64,000 nucleotides of DNA from Laetmonice hystrix (taxonomy: Eukaryota). The notes beneath the pieces are model-generated. The model searched no databases, was not told where the DNA came from, and saw only the letters and a program-made list of their open reading frames with translations. The translations under genes were made by a program, and so were the position numbers. Shown here in pieces: positions 38,947 through 51,942 of the stretch; positions within the stretch are counted from its first letter, which is position 1, and each line of letters starts with the position of its first letter. The stretch is taken from contig OZ249436.1 of the NCBI GenBank assembly GCA_965235115.1, forward strand, positions 45,696,001 through 45,760,000. The letters run 5' to 3'.

Positions 38947-40079
38947 AGTGATTAATTAACCATTAGGCATAATTTATTGAATGCCTGTATTACAATAAGT
39001 AAGATCTGTGTGGTAAATAGACTAGGTGAAAGATATGCCAGTATACGCACTCCTCTAATAAATTCTTGTGCTATAAATACCAGGTGGTGGTGGTGTCCAT
39101 GATTGTTTGTCACACCTCACCCCGGCGACTCTGTACGTCAGTCAATTACAGTCAACAGTTTTACCTGTACACAGTATGAGACCGCCAGACATACTTGGCT
39201 GTAGCACCTTGACTTAATTTGGACAGACAGGACGGTGGAAATGGTGTCTTGATTATTATGAAATACTGTTCTACCTGGAAAACCTTCTGATGTTTAAGTG
39301 GGTGTTCACTTATATTGCTTTGTGATAAAGAACCCACTAAAATACAGCCATGTAGGCAATTGGTTTTGGAGGTGAGAACTTAATTTGTATATAAATGACT
39401 GTAACTATGTGGATCTTGACGCTGGGTGACGACTGTCGTATACACGACGTTGGTGTCACGTGACCTCATTGTCCATGTTACCCTAATTTTATCATTATTA
39501 TTAATATCGTTTAAGAAAATCGACTTGCAGGAAGAAACTATGGATCGGCACCCCCGTTTTAGTCCTCCGGGCGGGATCTACGCCTCCAAGGATTTGGTTG
39601 TTGCCTGTAAAATGTTTTTATCTTACTAAAACAATGTGGTTGTGTTGGACACCACTCTGGAGGTCCAGCTTGACCTCCCCACTATATAAAGCCACGGAAC
39701 CACTGGTCACATGTACAGTGAACGGTCACGTCTGAAAGTATCGCTTAGATAGACTCGGGTCTGTCTCCCATGAACTGGCTGATGGGTCGGAAGGAGCTTG
39801 CATGGGTCCACGTTCGGTCGTAGTCTGGCAACACGTGCTGATGGTCAAACACTGACAGTATGATGTGTCCACTTGGAGCCGGGAGGGTGCAAGGCTGAGA
39901 AAAGCGCGACATGACTCTTCTAAAGGGATGTAGCAATACAACCCGTTCCCCGTCAGTTGGTCGATCTGTGGCATAGTTCCGTATGGCGGCTATCATTAGG
40001 TTATCACGTGTTGTCTCAGACGCCAGATCTTCGAACGATAGGATGAACGTATCTAGTCGACTAAGACCAAGTTCGCTCT

Positions 40080-40089
40080 TTTTTTTTCT

Positions 40090-40133
<44 letters not shown>

Positions 40134-40167
40134 CTCCATCTCTCTCTCCCTACATCTCTCTCTCCAT

Positions 40168-40210
<43 letters not shown>

Positions 40211-40311
40211 CTTCCACCGCTCTCTCTTCCTCCCCCTCTCTCTCCATCTCCCCCCTCTCTCTCTCTCTTCCCTTCCATCGCTCTCTCTTCCCCCCTCTCT
40301 CTCCATCTCTC
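40080..40311. repeat. (CT)n-rich microsatellite
   Basis: Direct inspection. Confidence 0.95.
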
Positions 40312-40684
40312 ACGTCAGACTAGCTTCCAAGGGTCAATTAGAGGGCACCTACCATCAGTTTTACATTGATGCATTATTAAAATTTCGTCCCTTTTCTATA
40401 ATTATAGTAAAATTTCAACTTCCCGTGCTTCCGCGAACCATTTTTCACACTAACAGACAATCATTCCACTACATTTACGAATCCAACTGTGCGGGCGTCA
40501 TGCTCATGATATGAGTGAATGAATAACTGAATGTGTATATTTTCATTATGCTGAATCATGAATGAAAACAAAGCTCAATTTTCAGAAATCGGTGTCGGTA
40601 TATCCTGGTTTTAAAAACATCTTCACACTCCGCCCCATCTCACTAAACGTATCGGCGTGATTTCGAGATTTGAATTCCTCAACG

Positions 40685-42148
40685 CATCACAAGATATTTA
40701 CATGATACGATAGACATATAACTGCATCACAGGATATATCCATGATACGATAGACCTATAACTGCATCACAGGATATTTACAATACGATAGATCTATAAC
40801 TGCATCACAGGATACTTCCATGATACGATAGATCTATAACTGCATCACAGGATACTTCCATGATACGATAGATCTATAACTGCATCACAGGATACTTCCA
40901 TGATACGATAGATCTATAACTGCATCACAGGATATTTACAATACGATAGATCTATAACTGCATCACAGGATACTTCCATGATACGATAGATCTATAACTG
41001 CATCACAGGATACTTCCATGATACGATAGATCTATAACTGCATCACAGGATACTTCCATGATACGATAGATCTATAACTGCATCACAGGATATTTACATG
41101 ATACGATAGATCTATAACTGCATCACAGGATACTTCCATGATACGATAGATCTATAACTGCATCACAAGATATTTACATGATACGATAGACCTATAACTG
41201 CATCACAGGATACTTCCATGATACGATAGACCTATAACTGCATCACAGGATATTTACATGATACGATAGACCTATAACTGCATCACAGGATACTTCCATG
41301 ATACGACAGATCTATAACTGCATCACAGGATATATCCATGATACGATAGATCTATAACTGCATCACAGGATATTTACATGATACGATAGATCTATAACTG
41401 CATCACAGGATATTTACATGATGCGATAGATCTATAACTGCCTCACAGGATATTTACATGATACGATAGATCTATAACTGCATCACAGGATATTTGCATG
41501 CTACGATAGATCTATAACTGCATCACAGGATACTTCCATGATACGATAGATCTATAACTGCATCACAGGATATTTACATGATACGATAGATCTATAACTG
41601 CATCACAGGATACTTCCATGATACGATAGATCTATAACTGCATCACAGGATATTTACATGATACGATAGATCTATAACTGCATCACAGGATATATCCATG
41701 ATACGATAGATCTATAACTGCATCACAGGATATATCCATGATACGATAGATCTATAACTGCATCACAGGATATTTACATGATACGATAGATCTATAACTG
41801 CATCACAGGATATTTACATGATACGATAGATCTATAACTGCATCACAGGATATTTACATGATACGATAGATCTATAACTGCATCACAGGATATTTACATG
41901 ATACGATAGATCTATAACTGCCTCACAGGATATTTACATGATACGATAGATCTATAACTGCATCACAGGATACTTCCATGATAAGATAGACCTATAACTG
42001 CATCACAGGATATTTGCATGCTACGATAGATCTATAACTGCATCACAAGATATTTGCATGCTACGATAGATCTATAACTGTATTACAGGATATTTACATG
42101 ATACGATAGATCTATAACTGCATCACAGGATATTTACCTATAACTGCA
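40685..42148. repeat. 40-bp minisatellite (atacgatagatctataactgcatcacaggatatttacatg), ~36 copies
   Basis: Direct tandem repetition. Confidence 0.97.
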
Positions 42149-42309
42149 TTTAAATAGCTGCTGAGATTTCTCATTGGCATGTTCATCATTGATTCCTCCT
42201 GCAAATCCCTCTGTCAATTAAGCCGATCACTGCAAACTTTGGCCCCTTTAGCCTAACCGTGCAAGCGTGTAGATTCTATAACTATTCTATCGGTGTGATT
42301 TCGAGATTT

Positions 42310-42468
42310 GATTCACCTCCCTTTGTTACTATCTCTGTTATATCATTCACCTCCTTTTGTTACTATCTCTGTTATATCATTCACCTCCTTTTGTTACTAT
42401 CTCTGTTATATCATTCACCTCCTTTCGTTACTATCTCTGTTATATCATTCACCTCCTTTTGTTACTAT
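42310..42468. repeat. 33-bp minisatellite, reverse complement of the 37598-37918 unit
   Basis: cattcacctccttttgttactatctctgttatat repeated ~5 times. Confidence 0.93.
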
Positions 42469-42643
42469 GCCGACTACACTTGATTCCTGCAGGGAAGCCC
42501 CATGGAGATGTGAGACAGTGTTTGGGTATTAATCTTAAGGCCATATTATGTGGGCTAAGTAAACAAGAGGTGTCCAGCCTATGGACCTTCCCAAATCGGC
42601 ATTTAAATTTTAGTGGAACTATCTAAAATCTGGAGGCCCTGAA

Positions 42644-43100
42644 ACACCATTTCCAGCACTGTCAGACACCATTTCCAGCACTGTCAAACACCATTTTCAG
42701 CACTGTCAGACACCATTTCCAGCACTGTCAGACACCATTTTCAGCACTGTCAGACACCATTTCCAGCACTCTCAGACACCATTTCCAGCACTGTCAGACA
42801 CCATTTCCAGCACTGTCAGACACCATTTCCAGCACTGTCAGACACCATTTCCAGCACTGTCAGGCACCATTTCCAGCACTGTCAGACACCATTTCCAGCA
42901 CTGTCAGACACCATTTCCAGCACTGTCAGACACCATTTCCAGCACTGTCAGGCACCAATTCTAGCATTCTCAGACACCATTTCCAGCACTGTCAGACACC
43001 ATTTCCAGCACTGTCAGACACCATTTCCAGCACTCTCAGACACCATTTCCAGCACTGTCAGACACCATTTCCAGCACTGTCAGACACCATTTCCAGCACT
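42644..43100. repeat. 22-bp minisatellite (gacaccatttccagcactgtca), ~21 copies
   Basis: Direct tandem repetition. Confidence 0.95.
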
Positions 43101-44699
43101 TTTAGACGAATATTTCTGTGAAGTATTATGAGAATTTGACGAAAATATTATTCTGGGATTGTTGCTCATGGGAGTAGATCTTCAAAATCGGGATCTTTCC
43201 TATTACGACCGAGGTTACGTCGGGATTCGGGATTTCCAAGCAAAATCGGGATAATCCCAACGAAATCAGGATGGATGGACACCCTGTATATTATAATACC
43301 CGAATACCGGGGTAGAATTCCAGGGTTGTCGATGTCGCTGATGGCAAACAGTCCACCTCGAACTGTTTACTCCATTCGATTCCCTGGTTATACAAGTCCT
43401 AGGTCATCAACTTCGTGGTATATAAGAAAATATAATTAAGAAAATACAAATGGATTAGGGTTAAGGTTAGGATTAGGGATAGCATTATGACGAAATATTT
43501 AAAAAATACAACATCACGGACTTCAATTCCTAGGAATGCAGGGGCCCGTTTCATAAATCGTTAAGAAAATGCGTTAATTAGTACGCGCTCGTTGATATAC
43601 TAGCGCGAAGTTTGACGCATTTTGCGTAACGCCGTTTCATAACTCGTAAAATGATCGCGCGTAAAAAGATGTACGTTGGGTTCGTTAATATATATTTGTT
43701 GCTGTGCTCAGTGTAAATAATGTGTTAATTAACGATACTACCGTTAATTAGCGATAAATCAGTTAGCGAAGACTTAACCCGCACCTTTTTTATCCGCGCT
43801 AAAAAAATCCATTTAACGCGCAAATAACGCAAAATTTCGTAAATAAACGCCCGCTTTACTAGTTATGCAACGGTTTAACGTGTTTTTCGTTGATTAACGC
43901 AGACCGCTTGGCGAATAGTCATTTACATAGTTTTTATATCCAGTCTATAATATAGTTACACATAAGGTGAAATAAGGTTAAAATATTGAGCAGCACTTTA
44001 TAACATGAAGACAGCAACTGAGATGTTATAAATCCTAGTTTCCTCCTACCCCTAACATATTGTCATAACATCCGTATTAGAGGAAATTTACACTTTAGGC
44101 TTTTGGGGCCTGGGGACGGGAGGAGTGGGGGTGTGCAGGTCGTAAGTGACAACTGGTTTAAACTGACAACTGTTGTCAGTGTAAACCAGTTGTCAGTTAA
44201 GACCTGCACAGAGGGTCATGGAAAAGGACGCGACATGTATGCTAACAATGTTGGTCATGTAAAACCACATGCTCGTCACACTGAATGTCCTGTAGATAAC
44301 GTAATACAGGGACAACAACTGACTGACATTGTTCTGCGACAGGGAATGAACGGTCCTCCCAATCTGTTCGTGAACTTCATACACATTTTCTCATAAACAC
44401 CTTGGTAATGGTAAGTTTATGGATTCATGCATTGCCTATTTGGTGTTCCATGAAGCAATAGTAATATCTAGACGATAAATTTGCAATTATAACTAACTTG
44501 TCATATGGAACAAGTTGGACATGTTATCCAGGGACCTTATGTGTTATAAAATATCATGTCATATTTTAATATCTATTGGTAGGCACCTGCATAGGAGGAT
44601 ATACCTATTTAAAGAGTTGGTCCATGATTTATTTACATAAATCTCCATTACATTCTGGAACCACATAAACATTCTACTTGGTTAGCCAGCTGTGGAGCT

Positions 44700-45452
44700 G
44701 GGATAACGAGCTTCAACAAGGAGAAATGTGCCACGGGCTATGGCCGGGATAACGAGCTCCAACAAGGAGAAATGTGCCACGGGCCATGGTCGGGTTAACG
44801 AGTTCCAACAAGGAGAAATATGCCATGGGCCATGGTCGGGTTACGCCATGGGCCATGGTCGGGTTAACGAGTTTCAACAAGGAGAAATACGCCATGGGCC
44901 ATGGTCGGGTTAACGAGTTTCAACAAGGAGAAATACGCCACGGGCCATGGTCGGGTTAACGAGTTTCAACAAGGAGAAATACGCCATGGGCCATGGTCGG
45001 GTTAACGAGCTCCAACAAGGAGAAATATGCCATGGGCCATGGTCGGGTTACGCCATGGGCCATGGTCGGGTTAACGAGTTTCAACAAGGAGAAATACGCC
45101 ATGGGCCATGGTCGGGTTAACGAGTTTCAACAAGGAGAAATACGCCATGGGCCATGGTCGGGTTAACGAGTTTCAACAAGGAGAAATACGCCATGGGCCA
45201 TGGTCGGGTTAACGAGTTTCAACAAGGAGAAATGCGCCACGGGCCATGGTCGGATTACGCCATGGGCCATGGTCGGGTTAACGAGTTTCAACAAGGAGAA
45301 ATACGCCATGGGCCATGGTCGGGTTAACGAGTTTCAACAAGGAGAAATACGCCATGGGCCATGGTCGGGTTACGCCATGGGCCATGGTCGGGGTAACGAG
45401 TTTCAACAAGGATAAATGTGCCATGGGCCATGGTCGGGTTAACGAGTTTCAA
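44700..45452. repeat. Composite minisatellite (~46-bp unit with shorter sub-units; gccatgggccatggtcgggttaacgagtttcaacaaggagaaatac)
   Basis: Direct tandem repetition. Confidence 0.93.
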
Positions 45453-45908
45453 CCACTGGAGCAAAGTTATGTTAATAAAAAAAAGAAAAAAAGGAGAAAT
45501 GCGCCATGGGCCATGGTTATATGTCAGAATCTATTATGTTACTATGGCAATCAAAGGAAACATTTGTTACAATCGCCTCTGTACTAGCACTTCACGCTGC
45601 TAAAATTACTAGAGTTCGGAATATGTTCTGTTGCGTGGCTCGGCACGCTCAATAATATCTCGGTGGGAGGGGGGGGGGGAGAATGAGACGGGGAACACAG
45701 TGTCGCACACATAGATGACATAGATCCAGAGATGAATTCACCTAGAAATGCGTAGTTCTCTTGAAAATGTCACATTTAGTACCATACATGATTCAAGGTT
45801 GTTCTCTTCCACACGAAAACTAGATACGGTTGCTGCAGGGCTCACCATAGTCATCATTGTCATCGACAAGCCCGGCGGCTATTTGAGGCAGTGCTCGACA
45901 ATTTACCA

Positions 45909-46751
45909 TCATGTTGCCTCGAGGTGTAAATTAAGATCAAATGATCGAATAATTTTCAATCGTTTTGATCGGCCTGTTTTAGGCTGTTTTTTCCCTTTGC
46001 GGACCAGATCTGACCGGTGAATACACACAGGGCTTGAGTCACTGTTCCAGAACATCCCGTGAACAGCTGAGTCAGGCTCTGACGATGTACTTTCGTGTTT
46101 AAATATCACAGTGTGTTCTGCGTAAGGTTTATAAATACGCTTTCCTGGTCTCACTAATAGTCTACACTTCTGTAAGAACGTGTTATCAAAAGTCAAGTGT
46201 GGTCGCACTAATAACAAGACTGCGTCTTGGAATCTCTTGTCAAGACTTCCCAGCGCCATCTGGTGCATTTTTGATATTGAGACTGTGTTGTTAAACACGT
46301 AAGTCTCGAGGTTCAACTTCCGGTCTCGTTTCCACCTGTCGAGGTCCGGAATTGTGACGTCCATATCAGACGTTGAATGTTTCTGTTGAAGTGCGTCATA
46401 CACTAAAAATAGCACCAGATGGCTGTCTGATGACGTTTTGTGCCGCATCAGATTTTTCCACATGATGAGAAATTCCATGACCTTTGGGTCGCCATAGAAA
46501 CCGTGGAGAAGGACGACCAGTTTGGTGTGGAGTGACCGATAACGGGCGGTTTTGATCCTACTCCCCGCCAGAGGGATCTTCAGTCGCGCCTTTCCCAGTA
46601 GTGTCACGTTTGGCCGCAAGGTGTCGGTACAGGCAAGATTTAGTGTGTAGTTCGTTGCGACACCTGGCGATCGTAAGACTTGACCGTTGATAAATTCATG
46701 GCATTTAAGTTTATTTCCAAACATAAAGCTGGCTTTGGTGAAGTCTAAAGT
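45909..46751 (-). CDS. Gene D coding exon 7: C-terminal (GalNAc-transferase-like) domain of a chondroitin synthase-family protein
   Basis: Acceptor atattgcAG, phase 0; FLQKCRLLVRPGKRIYKP and GMFWNSDSSPVCIHRSDL resemble CHSY FLxxCRxNxxPGKxVxxP and GFW...CxYxSDF. Confidence 0.85.
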   Translation of the reverse strand, partial: TLDFTKASFMFGNKLKCHEFINGQVLRSPGVATNYTLNLACTDTLRPNVTLLGKARLKIPLAGSRIKTARYRSLHTKLVVLLHGFYGDPKVMEFLIMWKNLMRHKTSSDSHLVLFLVYDALQQKHSTSDMDVTIPDLDRWKRDRKLNLETYVFNNTVSISKMHQMALGSLDKRFQDAVLLLVRPHLTFDNTFLQKCRLLVRPGKRIYKPYAEHTVIFKHESTSSEPDSAVHGMFWNSDSSPVCIHRSDLVRKGKKQPKTGRSKRLKIIRSFDLNLHLEAT

Positions 46752-47141
46752 CTGCAATATATAGAGATCAGTGTACTTCATTACTATGCAATCAGAATAT
46801 AATAACATGCATGAAAACAAGACAAGAGTATTAGGCCTATTTCCAGTAGGCCTAAGGAAAGTTATGTAATATTTTAAAATTAATATCTATAATGATCAGA
46901 AAGACGATTATTTGCATGCAATAACCTAGCACTATAAATGATCAGGAGCAGAATTAAGTTTATTAGTTTCAAATAATTTGTTCTGGAATCTCTACCGCAG
47001 AAACTGATGTTTCAGCTCAATATATTAATTGACTTCATACTTCACACTTCGGACATTTAAACTATAGATTTTGTTTGTGTCTGTTTCACAGAATGATAAA
47101 GATTGAAATTCTCAACCAGACCAACTGTTGCTGGTTCTCAC

Positions 47142-47345
47142 CTTGGCCAGTTCGGCTGTAGCCGATGGCGTCATGTTGGTGACAGGCGAGCAGGCACCAG
47201 GGTTGAGTTGTAAGTTCGATGACGTCACCACAGTGAGTGGGGTGGGGGTAAGGTGTTCCACGGTCGGGAGGGAGTATCTGGACACATTATCTGTGAGGAC
47301 ATTCCGTAACAAGGTGCTGGCCCGACCTCGTAACCACGACAGGCG
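47142..47345 (-). CDS. Gene D coding exon 6
   Basis: Acceptor ttctgtctgtgacAG, donor AAG|GTGAGA, 204 nt, phase 0-0, open. Confidence 0.75.
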
Positions 47346-47852
47346 CTGTCACAGACAGAACATGGACACATTGAGGGAATTCATCAACTTAGGTTTCCAG
47401 TGGGGACAGTCTGCATAAACGGTTTGCTGTTTGCTGGTGGACAGGTTTTAGAAGGGCGGGGCGGGGGGGGGGGGGGGGGGCTTGCATACTTAAATTGTTA
47501 TTGAATGCTTCCATTATCTTCGTATAATTTTGATGAAATGTGAACACAAAACCCCTGGAAATATTTGGTTTAATATGAATGGCGCAACTGGTGTTTTAAA
47601 CATACACCAGATGGCAGTGTGGAGAAAGTAGTCCGTAAATTGGAAGCGATGCAGTTGTGTGCACTGTCACAAATTCAGGCATGAACCTCAGCGTCTATCC
47701 CCTCAGACGGGGCGTTATCACTTTGTCTCGTATAATGTACAGTTTTACAAACATGTAGTTATCACTGACAAAAAGAAAGCAACATTTTTTTCTACGAAGC
47801 CGCTAAACCTGCTGAGAACGCAACCAGTGCTGTGACGGGACGCTATTAGTAC

Positions 47853-48017
47853 CTGTGAGAGCGCCGAGAGGGCGCCACTGTCGACATGTTTGTGAACAGC
47901 CTCCATCAACCACGGCGTTTTCAAAGGATGAAACGACAGCGCACTGTCCTGGCGCAGAAATTCATCTACCAGCTTAAACGTATTGCGCTCGTACGAGTTG
48001 TAAAATCTTTCTCGAAA
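47853..48017 (-). CDS. Gene D coding exon 5 (FRERFYNSY...ALSFHPLKTPWLMEAVH)
   Basis: Acceptor tattttacAG, donor CAG|GTACTA, 165 nt; resembles CHSY LFYENY...AITLHPNKNPPYQYRLH. Confidence 0.85.
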
Positions 48018-48063
48018 CTGTAAAATATAACACGCAAAACCTGCTAGACTTCTATTTAGACAC

Positions 48064-48392
48064 TGCACCATCATGAAGAAAGCATAGCCTACAGCATCAT
48101 GTAGAAATCATGCACCATCATGTAGAAATCATGCACCATCAGACATGCACCATCATGTAGAACTCACACACAATCATGTAGAAGTCATGCACCATCATGT
48201 AGAAATCATGCATCATCATGTAGAACTTACGCACCATCATGTAGAAGTCATGCACCATCATGTAGAACTTATGCACCATCATGAAGAAAGCATACACCAT
48301 CATGTAGAAATCATGCACCATCATGTAGAACTCGCACACCATCATGTAGAAGTCATGCACCATCATGTAGAATTTATGCACCATCATGTAGA
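48064..48392. repeat. 21-bp minisatellite (caccatcatgtagaaatcatg)
   Basis: Direct tandem repetition in a gene D intron. Confidence 0.9.
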
Positions 48393-48519
48393 CATGAGGT
48401 AAACGGTTTGTTATGTAATCCAAGGTCTTATGATGACCTTTCTATATTATCACGTATGTTGTGAGTCACGTTTCACTCTGGCAGCTTTGAAACCTTTGAG
48501 TTATCTGGTATAAAATGGA

Positions 48520-48769
48520 ACCTTTGAGGATGTGATACAGTTATGTGGTATAACATGATACCTTTGAGGATGTGATACAGTTATGTGGTATAACATGATA
48601 CCTTTGAGGATGTGATACAGTTATGTGGTATAACATGATACCTTTGAGGATGTGATACAGTTATGTGGTATAACATGATACCTTTGAGGATGTGATACAG
48701 TATGTGGTATAACATGATACCTTTGAGGATGTGATACAGTTATGAGGTATAAAATGATACCTTTGAGGA
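48520..48769. repeat. 40-bp minisatellite overlapping the gene D exon 4 splice donor, ~6 copies
   Basis: cctttgaggatgtgatacagttatgtggtataacatgata repeated. Confidence 0.93.
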
Positions 48770-48876
48770 GGTGGTACATTCGACTCCGAGTACTTCCCGT
48801 ACACAGCGGCCGATCTCGGCGTCAGCAGACCCCTCAGTATATTTCTTCTTACACGAGTCTAAGTGGGGACATAGAC
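48761..48876 (-). CDS. Gene D coding exon 4 (GLCPHLDSCKKKYTEGSADAEIGRCVREVLGVECTTSSK)
   Basis: Acceptor ttttcggttgcAG, donor AAG|GTATCA; matches the CHSY PHIxxC...EDVEVGRCV...GVQC pattern; not in the ORF track. Confidence 0.9.
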
Positions 48877-49179
48877 CTGCAACCGAAAAGGACATATTTA
48901 AAAATGTGTATCAAATATATGAAAATTCAGGAGAAGGAAAATGGGAGGAGAAACAGAATTAATGAAACCACAATAAACAGGAGGATGATAAGTTAGGAGG
49001 ACGAGAAAAGGAAAAGGTAGAACAAGACAAGAGAGAAGTAGCAGAAAAAGAGAACGGAAATGATGAAATAATAAAACAAGAAGAGGAAGGAGTACTTTAT
49101 AAGTGAAGAGGCTACAGAAACTGAAGATGGTCCATGGTAACATTAACACGACATTTGGAGGTAAGAACATTAAGTCTAT

Positions 49180-51131
49180 CCCTAACCCTAACCCTAATCC
49201 TAACCCTAACCCTAATCCTAACCCTAACCCTACCATCAGACCTGCCCTACTCTAACCCTAACCCTACCATCAGACCTGCCCTACTCTAACCCTAACCCTA
49301 CCATCAGACCTCCCCTACTCTAACCCTAACCCTACCATCAGACCTCCCCTACTCTAAACCTAACCTCCCCTACTCTAACCCTAATCCCATCCTAACCCGA
49401 ACCCTATACCCTCAGACCTCTACTACTCTAACCCTAACCTCCCCTACTACCCTACCATCAGACCTGCCCTACTCTAACCCTAACCCGACCATCAGACCTC
49501 CCCTACTCTAACCCTAACCCTACCATCAGACCTCCCCTACTACCCTACCATCAGACCTGCCCTACTCTAACCCTAACCCGACCATCAGACCTCCCCTACT
49601 CTAACCCTAACCCTACCATCAGACCTCCCCTACTACCCTACCATCAGACCTCCCCTACTCTAACCCTAACCCTAGCATCAGACCTCCCCTACTACCCTAC
49701 CATCAGACCTCCCCTACTCTAACCCTAACCCTACCATCAGACCTCCCCTACTACCCTACCATCAGACCTCCCCTACTACCCTAGCATCAGACCTCCCCTT
49801 CTACCCTACCATCAGACCTCCCCTACTCTAACCCTAACCCTAGCATCAGACCTCCCCTACTACCCTACCATCAGACCTGCCCTACTCTAACCCTAACCCT
49901 ACCATCAGACCTCCCCTACTCTAACCCTAACCCTACCATCAGACCTCCCCTACTCTAACCCTAACCCGACCATCAGACCTGCCCTACTCTAACCCTAACC
50001 CGACCATCAGACCTGCCCTACTCTAACCCTAACCCTACCATCAGACCTCCCCTACTCTAACCCTAACCCTACCATCAGACCTCCCCTACTCTAACCCTAA
50101 CCCTACCATCAGACCTCCCCTACTCTAACCCTAACCCTACCATCAGACCTCCCCTACTCTAACCCTAACCCGACCATCAGACCTCCCCTACTCTAACCCT
50201 AACCCTACCATCAGACCTCCCCTTCTACCCTACCATCAGACCTCCCCTACTACCCTACCATCAGACCTCCCCTACTACCCTAGCATCAGACCTCCCCTAC
50301 TACCCTAGCATCAGACCTCCCCTTCTACCCTACCATCAGACCTCCCCTACTCTAACCCTAACCCTAGCATCAGACCTCCCCTACTCTAACCCTAACCCTA
50401 GCATCAGACCTCCCCTACTACCCTAGCATCAGACCTCCCCTACTACCCTACCATCAGACCTCCCCTACTCTAACACCCGACCATCAGACCTGCCCTACTC
50501 TAACCCTAACCCTAGCATCAGACCTCCCCTTCTACCCTACCATCAGACCTCCCCTACTCTAACCCTAACCCTAGCATCAGACCTCCCCTACTACCCTAGC
50601 ATCAGACCTCCCCTACTACCCTACCATCAGACCTCCCCTACTCTAACCCTAAGCCTACCATCAGACCTCCCCTACTACCCTACCATCAGACCTCCCCTAC
50701 TCTAACCCTAACCCTACCATCAGACCTCCCCTACTACCCTACCATCAGACCTCCCCTACTCTAACCCTAACCCTACCATCAGACCTCCCCTACTACCCTA
50801 CCATCAGACCTCCCCTACTCTAACCCTAACCCGACCATCAGACCTCCCCTACTCTAACCCTAACCCTAGCATCAGACCTCCCCTACTACCCTACCATCAG
50901 ACCTCCCCTACTCTAACCCTAACCCTACCATCAGACCTCCCCTACTACCCTACCATCAGACCTCCCCTACTACCCTAGCATCAGACCTCCCCTACTACCC
51001 TAGCATCAGACCTCCCCTACTCTAACCCTAATCCTATCTTAACACGAACCCTATACCCTCAGACCTCCCCTACTTTAACCCTAACCCTACCATCAGACCC
51101 TACCCTCAGACCTCCCCTACTCTAACCCTAC
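49180..51131. repeat. ~2 kb minisatellite built from telomere-like CCCTAA motifs (accatcagacctcccctactctaaccctaaccct and shorter variants)
   Basis: Direct tandem repetition preceded by near-pure (CCCTAA)n. Confidence 0.95.
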
Positions 51132-51204
51132 CCCCAATTCCCCAATTCCCCAGGGAATATTCCGATGGGAGATAGCTATATCCTCCATGATGATGTAAGC
51201 ATAC

Positions 51205-51319
51205 CTTTCAAGGCAGTTCGACTGAAGACAACCCCAGGTCCTCCCAGACAGTAGTCGTGCCCGGCAGACACACGTATATCATAGTCCTCGGCGCCCAGGC
51301 TTGGGTGACCAAGGTAAAA
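51205..51319 (-). CDS. Gene D coding exon 3 (FYLGHPSLG...DYCLGGPGVVFSRTALK)
   Basis: Acceptor tgtgtttcAG, donor G|GTATGC; YCxGGPGV(I/V)xSR is the fringe-like GT31 motif of CHSY. Confidence 0.92.
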
Positions 51320-51772
51320 CTGAAACACAGGCAACCATTACAACAGTAGGTCACGACAGGGGGTGCCGCGGACATCACCCCGGGGTGCCGCGGACATCAC
51401 CCCGGGGTGCCGCGGACAAACCACGGGGTGCCACCAACAACAGTGCCGACAGAGCCGTGAAATTCTTGCGACTTTACGATCAATAGTAAAGTCACTGCGC
51501 TTTTACACAGGACTAAAATGCTACTGGATATATAGATGGAGAAGGAATTATAGGGGTTCCATTAGTGAAGAAAGTTGAAAAAAAGTGAAAAATAGCATCT
51601 CATTGACCAAGTAAAGCAGATTTAGATACTTTAATGATAATAAACTTATGTATCCTACATATTTATATAAATACAATCCTTTTGAAGGTCAGTGAACGGT
51701 GCCTATATACAAACTCTCCATGTATTATGATGTGCACATTGTTCTCCGACATCCCACCAGGTGGCCACTCAC

Positions 51773-51942
51773 CATCCTTCCTTTATCAAGGGTTGCTAGG
51801 AGACCGAACAGATGATCAGGCCTGAGGTAGGAATCGTCTACAGCTCGCACGAACCAATCGTATTCCTCGATATGATGATCACATATATACTTCAACATCT
51901 CGAACGACTCCTGGCGGTGAAAACTGTCATCACCTGTGACAC
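51773..51942 (-). CDS. Gene D coding exon 2 (GVTGDDSF...SFEMLKYICDHHIEEYDWFVRAVDDSY)
   Basis: Acceptor aatgtttcAG, donor ATG|GTGAGT; close to CHSY1 SFMMLKYMHDHYLDKYEWFMRADDDVY. Confidence 0.92.

Noticed and set aside
39682..40070. TATA-like box (TATATAAAG) followed by a possible small gene
   Set aside because: No convincing ORF, splice pattern or recognisable RNA structure downstream
48139..48423. His-rich and Met-rich ORFs
   Set aside because: Translation of a 21-bp intronic minisatellite
49180..49232. True telomere or chromosome end
   Set aside because: Short, degenerate, and inside an intron of an intact gene
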